Of a DNA stretch of 64,000 nucleotides, positions 1 through 19,620 are shown in pieces. Numbering within the stretch: position 1 is the stretch's first letter; each line of letters starts with the position of its first letter. The stretch lies in assembly GCF_009914755.1 (NCBI RefSeq), contig NC_060927.1, one strand, 5' to 3'. A program made the position numbers and the translations under genes. The notes under the pieces were generated by a model. It was not told the origin of the DNA. It made no database searches and was given only the letters and a program-made list of their open reading frames with translations. This DNA is from the human T2T-CHM13v2.0 reference genome, Homo sapiens.

Positions 1-319
1 TTAGTAACCAGTTATAAAAGGTTGGGGACGTTTCCAAAGAATTACAAAGATGAGAAAAGTGGTTCCAATTCCTGATGTTTATAAAACAATTAACAATGAA
101 CATGGGAATATCGAAAACCCTTTTGGAGAACTGTACAATTCAATGACAGGATGTTTGAATAATTGGTTTGAGGTACATACGGGGAGGTGAGTAATATTGT
201 TTTCATAAATTTATCTTTTATGTTTTGCCAAAGCAAAGAATATACTGACACAGGAAAAGGAAAATTTAGGCTTAGACAGATACCTATATGCACACCAGAG
301 TCAGTAGAAATTAAAGTTA

Positions 320-719
<400 letters not shown>

Positions 720-1309
720 TTATCATAACATGAAAAGTCAATCAAGAACTGATCAATTATAAAATTATTTCTCTTCCAAACAAGATATCCTTAACACTTT
801 CATCTCATCATCTCAAAATATGTCAATCTCTCCCTGCTTATAAACATCTGAAAATACTTTTCATCATCTCAAAATATTTGTCAATCTCTCCCTGCTTATA
901 AAACATCTGAAAATACAGTGTATGTAATACACTGATTAAAACATGGTATTGCAAATCCTGTAAAAATTTCAGAATTTTATGAAGCTGTTGAAATAACGCT
1001 GGAGACTGCATAATTTTCAAACAAAAGCACTCTCAAATGAAGATCTGGTAGTGCTAGAAAGGTGACCAACTGGAAAAAAGACCAATCAGCAAGCAGAGGT
1101 GTTTCGAAAGAGAATGATCTGAACATTTTAGGATGAAGAGAGGTCTTGGAAAAACATTTTAACGTAGCAAGTATTTTGCAAAAATAATGTACTTTATAAT
1201 TTGCTACAAAAGGCAAGATATAATCAGCCTTTTATATAGTATGAAAAAAGCTGGTATTGTGCAATAACTCTCAATCATCACGAAAGCTTTGTCATGTAAA
1301 ATTACTTAC

Positions 1310-1367
1310 CTTTACTGCATAATAATGGACACCGTAAGTCGGTAGAGCTTCTACTATTTTCATATAC
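1310..1367 (-). CDS. FRMD4B: FRMD4B coding exon (58 nt, phase 2/0): (Q)YMKIVEALPTYGVHYYAVK
   Basis: TATTTTCCATAG|GTATATG...GCAGTAAAG|GTAAGT; contains the FERM LPxYG motif at the F2/F3 junction. Confidence 0.95.
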
Positions 1368-1868
1368 CTATGGAAAATAAATATGTATCACAATCTTATT
1401 AAAATAGTTAGAGGTCCCTTTTGGGAAAAGTGATTTAAAGAAACACCACGTTTCTACTTTCCTTATTATAAGAATAATTAATATGTTTCACTCAAGTAGA
1501 AACAGAATAAACCATTTTGGGGAGTAATATATTTTAGCTTATCCAAATGTCAGGAAAATGCTAATAGAACCTCAATTTCATAAAGCTATAGAAAATGTTA
1601 CTTTCCACACATTCAAATGTTTATGGATTAGGAATGTACCATATTATAAACTCCATTTGCAAGTATTTTTTAAAGTAAGCCCCTAATGATGCAAGCTATG
1701 GGCACCAACTTTTGGGTCATACTCATAAGTTAAACAATAAAGCTATGCCATATATTGCTTGTGGTAGAGGTTAAATAACTAGAAACATCTGTCAAAACTC
1801 CTAGAAATATATACTTTAAAACTATGAATTATGGTATGTAAACCTGACTTAAAAAATATGTCCCCCCA

Positions 1869-2167
<299 letters not shown>

Positions 2168-2599
2168 GTCCCCCCAAAATAAAAATTAAAGCAACGATGC
2201 CACTACTTGCTATTTTTAATTCAGTAGTGTTTATTGTACACCTTTAAGGCTTTGGGGTGGACTAAATTTTGTAACGCTTCCTCTCTGCCCGCAAGGAACT
2301 GAGGCTCCTGTTTTAACGCAAGTAGACTTTTTAATGACATTTTGATGATCAATTTCTCCAGGAAGTGTAATGAATAATTTGACATATTTTTTAAAAGTAA
2401 ATGGCCCGCATGCAAATGAATATAAGAGGTTAAATGTGTCAAGGTCATGCAGCAACTAAACTGCACAGCCAGAATTCTAACAAAATGAGTCAGACTCCAC
2501 ATCCTAGAGCCTTAACTACCAAATGAAACCGTCTCTTAGATGAAGCCACACAATAATGATCAGGAGAAAGAATAACACTCTGCATTTAAGCATGGGTAC

Positions 2600-3040
2600 T
2601 TTTTTTTTTTTAATTGTTTTTTAGTTTCCAGGGCACATGTGCAGGATGTGCAGGTTTGTTACATAGGTAAATGTATGCCATAGTGATTTGCTGTACCTAA
2701 CAAACCATCACCTAGAGATTAGGGCCAGCATCCATTAGCACTTTTCCCTAATGCTCTCTCCCACCCCAGCCTTCTCCTGACAGGCCAGTAAGTGTTGTTC
2801 TCCTCCCTGTCTCCATGTGTTCTCATTGTTCAGCTCCTACTGATAAGTGAGAACAAGTGGTATTTGGTTTTCTGTTCCTGCATTAGTTTGCTGAGGATAA
2901 TGGCTTCCAGCTTCATACATGTCCCTGCAAAGGACATGATCTCATTCCTTTGTATGACTACATAGTATTCCATGGTGTGTATATACCATATTTTCTTATC
3001 CAGTCTATCATTGATGGGCATTTGGGTTGATTCCATGTCT
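2600..3040 (-). mobile_element. L1PA-type LINE-1 3' end, 5'-truncated
   Basis: Poly-T followed by CACATGTGCAGGATGTGCAGGTTTGTTACATAGG. The ORF2 C-terminal remnant shows in the ORF track (WYIHTMEYY...IMSFAGT). TSD TTAAGCATGGG(T/A)ACTTT at 2586-2602 and 3040-3056. Confidence 0.9.
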
Positions 3041-3064
3041 TAAGCATGGGAACTTTGTAATATA

Positions 3065-3383
3065 CAGTCACACATTGCTTAACAATGAAGATACATTCTG
3101 AGAATTGTGTTGTTAGGTGATTCTGTCCTTGTGCACACATCATAGAGTGCACTTACACAAACCTGGATGGTAGAGCCTACTACACAGTTAGGCTGTATGG
3201 TATGGCCTATTGCTCCTAGGCTACCAACCTGTACAGCATGTTACTGGGCTGAAATACTGTAGGCAATTATAATACAATGGTAAGTATTTGAGTATCTAAG
3301 CATAGAAAAGATACAGTAACAATATGGCATTATAATCCTATGGGCCCACCATTGTATATGTGTACAGAAATGGTACATGACTG
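3065..3383. mobile_element. Tigger3a/MER7-like Tc1-mariner non-autonomous element
   Basis: TA|CAGTCA...TGACTG|TA termini with TA TSD; internal CCTATTGCTCCTAGGCTAC...CCTGTACAGCATGTTACTG is typical of Tigger3. Confidence 0.8.
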
Positions 3384-3559
3384 TACTCACTAGTTTACCT
3401 TAATACCCTTAATGGAAATTGTCACTACTTCTTTTTACTTTTCAGTTCAGAAAACAGGCACAATGAATTAAAATGTCAAGGATCCAATTTCAAGATGCTA
3501 ACTTCTGATTTCTGCTGCAAAGATAACAGAAGGTGTGTTTTGATAAAAACAAGATTAGA

Positions 3560-4292
<733 letters not shown>

Positions 4293-4384
4293 TAGAAATA
4301 CATTACAATGGCTTGTTGTTAGTAGCATGAAGAAACAGACTATCTAACACCAATATACTATACACTCGACTCAAATTCGAATCA

Positions 4385-4690
4385 CAAACTGGGGGACAAA
4401 ACATGGCTTCTAGATAGGTTTTATTTGGCTAACATTGCATTAAATTTTCTTTAAATTACTTCCCAATGAGATAAGATTTAAAAATCTGAATTTCCAGCTT
4501 CTCCTGGAAAACAAAGGATCTGGCAACATTATGCCTGAATTCTAAAGCTGAGTAACCTTGCCTCTACTCAGGATGAAAGCTCACCTGTTTACCACAGTCC
4601 CCACCATTCTCTATTGCCCTACATCTGGTCTACATTTCTCATTTTTTTACTTGCCTGACACTGGTAGGTATCTGAGTTGGTGACACCAAT
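4385..4690. mobile_element. Degenerate hAT-type MER (MER102-like)
   Basis: GAATTTCCAGCTTCTCCTGGAAAA...GATCTGGCAACA motif; weak recognition. Confidence 0.4.
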
Positions 4691-4847
4691 GTATAGAATG
4701 ACCGAAGACATTTTCTAATTCACAGTAAGATATTTCTAACCAGATAAGGACTATGTTCACAAAAACTACACAACAGAAATCATTTCAAGTGATACCTTCA
4801 GATGAGAGATATTAAAATTATATCTAAGCAAAAGGAAAGATACTTAC

Positions 4848-4913
4848 TGAACCACAGCTTGACCTCGAGTGAGACCTTTGATTTTCAAATAATGCTCAAT
4901 TACCCTGTCCTCA
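4848..4913 (-). CDS. FRMD4B: FRMD4B coding exon (66 nt, phase 2/2): (C)EDRVIEHYLKIKGLTRGQAVV(Q)
   Basis: TTTGTTTTTACAG|TGAGGACAGG...GTGGTTCA|GTAAGT; typical FERM F2 helix with the G(L/M)T/S motif. Confidence 0.95.
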
Positions 4914-5180
4914 CTGTAAAACAAAGAAATGAGAAGGATTGCAATGCATGATTATCTGAGGTACAGGCACAGTTTCCACATTATCAGGTGGCTGTCAGGA
5001 AACTTGAGAGAGAAAGCCTTCACCAACTTGTTTGGTAGATAGAGCTTGGCTTTTGTTTCTGTAGGAGATGGATTCCTGAACTTCAGACATTTGACTGCCT
5101 CCATTATCATCTTTAACTTATGTTTTATGTAGCATATTTATATAATATATATATTACTACCTTTAAAACTTAAAGTGCAC

Positions 5181-5785
<605 letters not shown>

Positions 5786-6235
5786 CTTAATTTACTAGAA
5801 AAGGAAACAATATCAATTTCTCCAATGGGAAATGATCTTTTGCCATAATTGGATGGAATATAATACACATAAAATAATGATATCAAATGTTAGCTGTAGA
5901 ACATTATTGAAGAAATTTTGAGCCTAAGGCCTATCCTCTCTTTGGTTAAAACAGGGAGATCAGCAAGTGTTAGGCATTAAAGACTTTCTCATTGAATGAT
6001 TCAGAAAGATTTTACAAGAATTTAAACTGCTTCTGAGTCTGTGTGCAATCTAAAATACTCTACTATCACCATTTACAGACATGTTGCTTTAGGAGAAAAC
6101 CCTTTTATTGCCCTAGAGTAAAACTTGTTGACTGGAAAGGAAATCTCAAGTATAACCTAGAAGATGAAGTATTTCTATCTCCATATGACTAGTTCTCATT
6201 AGTAATGTCTTTTTTTTAAATTAAAAAACTATCAA

Positions 6236-6858
<623 letters not shown>

Positions 6859-7608
6859 TATCACTTGAAAATGACATGGCTAGAAGTTTCCAGAGTCAAG
6901 ATGCTATGTAGCCTCAGTACTTACTTTCACTATATATTTGGGAATATACTTCCAACTTCATACTAAATGTCTCAATATTGAATATCTATTTTGTAATCTT
7001 TATTTTGTAACATTTTAGTGGAAAGAAAAACCATCTTGAGTATTCAGACTGAAACCAAGGAGAATATATTTAACAAGAATGTAAGTATTTTAAGGGAAAA
7101 CGTAATTTAGAAAAAAAATATGGGATGAAAATGGATACTATGGATTCACTAAAGTACAAACAACTAAACCAACTCAATATATACAATATCTAGCTGTAGT
7201 AGAAACCTCTGGTCATTATGAAAATCTCTGATCCAAGGAAATCTGTATTTTATAACACTTATATTGCATTCTGCTAGATTAAAGCTGCATTACACAGTGA
7301 CTGCACATATATTGAATATTATATATTCACCTAGGAGCATACTCTACAGACATTTTACACACTTGAAAGAAACATCAGCCAGCTGCTCTTTGCAAATGAC
7401 TGCAAGACACATCTTGGTACAATGATCTCCAGTAAGCTTTGAGTAGATCCTTTCACTGAAAGGATCAAGGTCTACCTATGGTTACTTTATACAATTGATT
7501 GGCAATTTGATATTTTTCCCACTTATATTTCTTTTAATGCCCTGAAAAGCATGTAGTTCTGAATGGAGGCTATGAAAATGAGACACCTGTTATGTGGATT
7601 TGGCTTAC

Positions 7609-7692
7609 CAGTAGGCAAGGGATGGATGCTCCTGAAGAGTTTTGGTTGGAAAGGCTGGTAATGTCTTTAAATCTTTCCTGGCATTTTCATCA
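7609..7692 (-). CDS. FRMD4B: FRMD4B coding exon (84 nt, phase 2/2): (S)DENARKDLKTLPAFPTKTLQEHPSLAY(C)
   Basis: TTTCTTTTTAG|TGATGAAAATGCC...GCCTACTG|GTAAGC; open in the expected frame. Confidence 0.95.
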
Positions 7693-8393
7693 CTAAAAAG
7701 AAATGGAATATGGTAATGTCAGGTACTGTTATCCAAAAAATTATGCAAGCCGGTCACCAAATGAATTAGATTAAAAAAATAACTATTTACAGCATGTTGG
7801 AGCCAACATACACATGGTTATGGACTCTAACTAGAAGCAGCCCCCAAATTTAACAACTGAGTTATATGATGAGATGTTGAAGTTTATAATATTTTCTGCA
7901 CGTCTATTTTACACATAACTATGATTATAATTGTACATTTTTCACATTGTATTTTTACAGAATATTCTTCACATTTCATTATCCACTTTCTCTATGTTCC
8001 TACAGTATCTTACTAATCATCTTTAGTGGCTACATAATATTCATCATGGTGGAATACTGGTTATCATGAAACCATTCACATAACATCAACAATTTTTCGT
8101 AATAGATATCATTGCAATGAAAAGGTTTATGTAGTCTTTTATATTACTCTTCTGTTACTTCCCTACAACCCTCTGAAATATAGCAGACCAACTCAACCAC
8201 CTGTAGAAATCTCTTGAATAGAAGATGACTGGAAAACGTGTTTCTAATGAAACCCAAGGTATCTCTTAAGTCACATTAAGTGAACTAAAATGTACCTCAT
8301 GTAAGGTTAGCTATTATCTAATTATAAAATGGCAAAATTCTAGTTGTCAAGAGAAAGTTGTGGTCTTTACAGAACTTTAAAAAAGGGAGAACA

Positions 8394-8748
<355 letters not shown>

Positions 8749-10375
8749 TCATAGTTGGTTATGAGAGAAAATACTCTAACTACTGAGTATTTAAGGACAT
8801 AATCTATGAGGAAATGAACATGATTATCTAAAGCCTATTAGAGGGTAGCTACTCAAAATTCTGATGAAACTGGTGTTCATCAAACAGCATAATGCTAACT
8901 CTTCCTACCTTCCACTTCTTCCTATCTTTACCACTAGCTACCCTTCGATGAAAGGCTCCCAAGTGCCAGATACCATGCAACACACTTCTTGGGCATTATT
9001 TACCTCATGTAAGGTTCACCACAAGCATTCCCATGCAGTAGATACTATTATTATCTATTTAAGTAGACGAGCCCCCCAGCTGGAGGGCCAAACACTGAAC
9101 CATTCCTTGTTGCTATTACATTTCAAAGCCAGGGTTGTGGCCTTTCCTACAGGTGAAAGATCTAGCTTTCCAAATTACTACAGGAAATAAAAAGTCACTT
9201 GGCTCCTGTTCTTACATAAGAATAAATCTCTCTATTCATTTGAAATCTGAGAGTTATGGCTTAACCACACTGACAATCTTGGGAAACTGGTTTGTGCTTC
9301 CTGAAAATCAAAATATACCACAATCCAATTCATTCATATTAAAGGTCAACTGTCAACTCCCAGTATATTTATTTTTCTTAATAATCTCTCTTATGTTCTG
9401 TCTGGCATACCACATTTACTTTTTTTTTTTTTCCAAACCTAAAACTGTCAGATACCTTTACTTCTAAATTGTGAGTTTTTTTAATGAAGGGCAAATGCAT
9501 GCATGTATTCAAAAATGATAAATTCAGGACAACATCGTGTTATGAAATCATCCCCATCGACCACATGCATGTTGTTATTTCTGGATCCAGGTGAACCATA
9601 GGCTATGTTTCAAGAACCCAGCCTAGCATTCACTTACTTGGATTACAGTTAATTCTGTGGCAATGGAGACCTCACTAGATCAGAAGTTGCTATTTATCAT
9701 AAATTTATTTATTCAGTTAACAAAAATATGTAGAACGAGTGTCATATGATGGAACTGTTTTTAACTCATACAAATGCAGTCAGCCAAAAGGGAAAGGAGA
9801 ATAGGGAAAGAAGTGAGGGAGAAATTTTATCTGTCATTCCATTCAATAAGCTCATGGTTGAGAGTAAGTACAAAACGGGTGACTTGAAGCTGTTGTCCTT
9901 AGTCCTATGTCCCTCAAAGCACAAGTATCTCACGACACTGAGATTTTTCCAGCATTCAGGCATTTAATACATGTCTGCTAAACTCAAGCAATCTTTATAT
10001 CTAGTGCCTAAAGAAATAGCTGTGTGTTTCAACTGGAGAAAAATACCACCTGTGTTGGATTTATTGAAAGATGAAGTTTAGTCTTCAGCATATCATTTTC
10101 CCAGCGATTTTCAAGAGTAATTTGAACTATACACAATCAGAATCTACTCCAGTTATAAGATGTTATTTGTTTAGAAATTCTGGCTGAATAAATCAATAAA
10201 TTACTACAGGTTAATCATGAGCCAGTATCTGAGATAATGATGAATATTCATTCATTAAGACCTTTTTTTGAGTACTGATCAATCACTGAGAAGCAACTAA
10301 AATGTGCGTTAATAGGGAAGTGGATTAGGATCATTTTAAGGAGAGTTTAGAATACCTTGAAAAAAAGTATTCTTA

Positions 10376-11000
<625 letters not shown>

Positions 11001-11022
11001 AAGAAAGAAATATACTTTAGAT

Positions 11023-11218
11023 TAGTGGTTCTCAACGTGGGCAATTTTGCCCCTCAGGGGACGTTTAGCAATGTTTGAAAGCATTTTTGATAGTCACAAC
11101 TGAGGAAGGAGGTGTTACTGGCTTCTACTGGGTAGTTCCTATAATGCACAAAACAGCCCTCAACAACAAAGGATGATCCTGCCCAAAATGTCAATAGTGC
11201 TGAGATTGAGAAACCCTG
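11023..11218. mobile_element. MER20 (hAT-Charlie)
   Basis: AGTGGTTCTCAAC...GCCCAAAATGTCAATAGTGCTGAGATTGAGAAACCCTG. Confidence 0.8.
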
Positions 11219-11520
11219 CCTTCAATGATAAGAATCCTGAAAATTCTACACTAATACTCTACAAAGCATATCTTTTAGACTTACAGAATTTTTCTCTTAT
11301 GTCACTCTGAATATTAGACATCTCAGATGCAAATATCTTGGGGCCAAGTGAGACAGGCATTAGAAAATCAACTGGGTAAGCGAGCTGAGAAATGTAAGTC
11401 AAACTCACCATCAGACCTGGGGACACTGAGATATGGTGTGAACTCTGAAGAGAGGAGAACATTGCCCATGTTTCATATAAGATACAGATTTGACTCTGTG
11501 TGATAGAGATCAAAACTTTA

Positions 11521-14660
<3,140 letters not shown>

Positions 14661-17600
14661 AAAATGGAATCAAGTATGGCCAGTTGAGTGGATGTGGGGA
14701 AAGCCGAAGTTCAAGATCACTGCCCTGTTATGGGGAGGTGCTGCAATGGTAACGTAAGAGGTTAGAACCTACTAAACCAAAAATGAATCCACTGGGATGT
14801 TAGAAACACTGGCATATTATTATAGAAGGTTAAGCTCGATCGTTTCCATAGTTTAGGATCAAACGGGATTTCACGTTTGAGTGGACTGGCAGTAGCTGAG
14901 TGCTCATTTGTTCACCCTCCCGGGGAATCTGTCTGGGAGCCTGAGGCTGCAAGGGATCTACGGAGCTTGTAGGAGCAGCCAGGTCTGGCTTCTGCACAGA
15001 AGGCCCCTCCCTGGCCGGCTGGGCAGGAGGCATGATTTATGAGTCAGGATCAACCTCAGAGTTCAGAGGGAGGGCCCAAAAGTAGTAGGGGAGGTGAACA
15101 AGCCTCAATCGGGATGTCTCTGCCTTTCACCAGCAATAAATACACTCAAACTGACTGGACATTACTGACCCTAATGGCAAGGGATATGTTATTTTAAAGA
15201 TGCACTTGACCAGAATTGCCATGAGGGACTGGTTTCTCCGGGTCCTAGCCAGAGAGAATGCCCATAAATCTACATCACTTGCTACTTCTCAGTGACCAAA
15301 CCAGAAATTGCTTCTCTCCATAATTTCAGCAGGAATTCAGATGTCACAATGAAGAACATGCTTGCATTTTATCTGATTATCTAGGCTGAACTCCTCCCTT
15401 AGGCATTCCAGATTCCTATTTCGATAACTTTCCAGAAGGAAGCTGCCCATGACCCACTATTTAGCTACTACAACTATTTCTCAGGCAACAATTCCTTTGG
15501 TCATTCTGAAGCCCCCCTTTCACAGGCTGTTTTTCTTTACTGACCCCAAGTACCCTGACGGAATGTGCCAACCCCACTCATTTTTGAGAAAGCCACATGG
15601 CTGGCAAAACTGAGGCTACTCTTTGTGTGTGCTGGAGTACTTGTGTGGAAAAAGCCACCCCCAGCAAATGGGTGCACCTGCTTGTGGCTAATTGTGGGCT
15701 TGTACACAGCAACAATCAGCCACCTGCTATCAGAGACTGGCGTAGAAGGGAGTGCAGGCAGTTAGCACACTGGGCATGCTAGTACTTCCTAGAGAAAACT
15801 AAGACCCTTGCTGTCTATGCTTGGTGTGGGGGCATCCTCCATTTGTAGAACAGCTTAAAAAAAAAAAATGCCCAAGCCCCAAAGTTGCAAATTTCACTTT
15901 TGTTGTTTGTTTTTTTTTTTTTTTTTGGTAGGGATGAGGTCTCCCTTTGTTGCCCAGGCAGGTTTCAAACCCTTGGGCTCAAGTGATCCTCCCATCTTGG
16001 CTTCTCAAAGTACTGGGATTACAGGCATGAACCACCACACCAGCTCCGCATTTCACTTTTCTTCTCCAAGCAAAGCGCTTCCTTACCTGAAACCCAAACC
16101 AAAGGTGCATAAAAAATGTATATTAAATATAATATCCAAATGGAAACAGCTACAGAAGCTTCACTTTCTAAACCTAAGCTGTTTAGAAAGTTAACTTGGG
16201 GCTGGTTGCAGTGGCTTACACCTGTAATCCCAGCACTTTGGGAGGCGAGATGGATCACTTGAGCCCAGGAGTTCGAGACCAGCCTGGCCAACATGGTGAA
16301 ACCTCCTCTCTATGAACAATACAGAAAAATTAGTTGGGTGGGGTGGCACACGCCTGTAGTCCCAGGTACTTGGAAGGATGAGTTGGGAGAATCACCTGAG
16401 GCCGGGAGTTCGAGGCTGCAATGAGCCACGATCGCCTACTGCACTCCAGCCTGGGTGACAGAGTGAGACCCTGTCTCAAAAAAAAAAAAAAAAAGATTAA
16501 CTTGGGTCTGGAGTTCTTTTTTCACCTACACATAATTGTAACTCAAAATCCTTATTTCAGAAAATGTGTATGTGGATGTAAAAATGCCATAGTTAAGTGC
16601 CTATTTGAACACTCAGTAAAGTCTAAAGCCTGTTATTAAGTGTATATGTACCATACAGCTTACATAACATGAGAAATTAAAAGATCATGACAGGGGCCTC
16701 CCAGGATTTGGGCAAGTCATCACAGCCAAGAACTCTATTTAGTACTGTGTCCCAGGCAAACCAAAGATTTACTGTTATTAGGAATGGAGCTAATTGGAAA
16801 CATTTGCCAGTCTTCTAGTGTTGCCTTGTATAGGCCTTGATGAGAAGTCATTTCTTTGTCTGTGCTTACTAGAAACCTGTGATGACCCATCAAGGTTCTG
16901 AACTACACTGAAGAAATGGGACAGGATTAGTGATCATAGCAGCTACAAAAGTTTATTTAGGCCAGGCGTAGTAGCTCATGTCTGTAATCCCAACATTTAG
17001 GGAGGCTGGGGCTAGCAGATCACTTGAGGTCAGGAGTTCCAGACCAGCCTGGCCAAATGGTGAAACTCCGTCTCTACTTAAAATACAAAAATTAGCTGGG
17101 CCTGGTGGCGCGTGCGTGTAGTCCCAGTTACTCAGGAGGCTGAGGCAGGAGAATTGCTTGCACTGGGAGGTGGAGGCTGCAGTGAGCTGAGATCATGCCA
17201 CTGCCCTCCAGCCTGGGTGACAGAGTGAGACCCTGTCTCAAAAAAAAAAAAAAAAAAGTGTATTAAATGTCTGTTACATAGGTGTAACAGGTGCCAACTT
17301 AACTATCAATCAAACCATTTGAGCTGGATCTTCTATTGAAGGATGACAGATTGCATAAACAAGTAATTATTAAAAAGGATCTTGGTTACTATTAACAAAC
17401 ACCAATTTCCTCAACTAATCTACTGGCACTGACCAAGACCTGGGTGATTAGCAGTTTAAGAGCTTTTCACTGGCTAGCTTGCCTTCAAATTGCCCTTTAT
17501 TGAAAAAGAATATCATGTTTCTTTCAGTTATTTGTAGAACCTGGCCTTCAATGATGAATTCAGTGTATTATCTGCTGGACTTAACAACTAGAAATTTCTA

Positions 17601-17669
17601 ATAGTAAGTTTCTCTCTACTGATTCCTAGGTAAAGCAATATTAAAGGTGACAAACAAAAGAAAACAGTG

Positions 17670-17828
17670 ATTATCATTGTACCCTCGTACCCTGGCCAGC
17701 AGCATCAACATTATCGGATGACTTTCTGGAAAGGCAAATCTCAGGCTCCACCCCAGACCTACTGGATCAGAAAGGCTGAGGGTGGGGCTCAGCAATCTGC
17801 TTTTAACTAAGGGCTTAAGAACCACTGC
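17670..17828. mobile_element. MER5A
   Basis: CTCAGGCTCCACCCCAGACCTACTGGATCAGAA...GGGTGGGGCTCAGCAATCTG...AGAACCACTG. Confidence 0.75.
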
Positions 17829-17866
17829 AATAGGATAAACACAACATAAAACAGAGATTTTGGCTA

Positions 17867-17995
<129 letters not shown>

Positions 17996-18145
17996 TTAGC
18001 CGGGTGTGGTGGTGTGTGCCTGTAGTCCCAGCTACTCAGGAGGCTGAGGCAGGAGAATTGCTTGAACCCAGGAGGCGGAGTTTACAGTGAGCCAATCTCA
18101 TGCCACTGCACTCCAGCCTGGGTGACAGAGCGAGACCCTGTCTCA

Positions 18146-18197
<52 letters not shown>
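18146..18197. repeat. (AAT)n microsatellite in an Alu tail
   Basis: About 17 AAT units. Confidence 0.95.
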
Positions 18198-18542
18198 TTT
18201 TCAAGAAAGAAACTGTAATCAACTCCTTAAATTGTAGAGATGGTCAGGGAGCCTGAGCAAAGCTTTTGGGTGGACAGCTCAGGTTTGTTTTAGGAGACTC
18301 TAGCAAGTGACCTGACCTAGCAGTGACAAAACATGAGTGCTGTCATCTAATCCCCCAAAAGAAATACTTCTAAAGGGCCAGGCGCAGTGACTCATGCCTG
18401 TAATCCCAGCACTTTGGGAGGCAGAGGTGGGTGGATCACCTGAGGTCAAGAGTTCAAGACCAGCCTGGCTTTGAGGTGAAACCCTGTCTCTACTAAAAAT
18501 ACAAAAATCAGCTGGGTGTGGTGGTGGGTGCCTGTAATCCTA

Positions 18543-18659
<117 letters not shown>

Positions 18660-19161
18660 TTAAAAAAAAGAAAGGAAAAAAAAAAAGAAATACTTCTAAG
18701 GGACAACAGCTCTTTCACTGGGTATTACCAGGTGGCAGAGAGTGGGCTAACCCCTTTCTCTACAGGCATATTATGCTATTAACATCAGTGTCCCTATTTC
18801 ATGGATATGAAAACAGAGTTAAGGGAGATTAAGCAATTTAAACTCACAAAGCAAATACGACTCCAAACCTGTGCTTTAACAACTTTGCCTTACTCCTCCA
18901 GGATTCTAGGAAGAGGGGACAGGAAATAGGGAAGGAGCAGAGGAAAGATTTTAACTTTGAGGCTTCAGCATTTATCATTATGGTAGCCACTGATTAATTC
19001 CACCAAAATATGTATTGCTTAGGTGATGACAGTCTGCGTTTTTAAACTAGATCAAACTGGATTAACCACATCAAGGATCTGAACATAGATAACAAGACTT
19101 AATGTGTTAGCAGTGTTTCTTGAACCACACCAAACCAGAACAAACCAAACAAAAACCATAG

Positions 19162-19620
<459 letters not shown>

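Noticed and set aside
2830-3036. ORF resembling the L1 ORF2 C-terminus
   Set aside because: Fragment of a 5'-truncated dead L1.
18725-18738. CTCF-like TTACCAGGTGGCAG
   Set aside because: It lacks the leading CC of the core motif; too weak without ChIP data.
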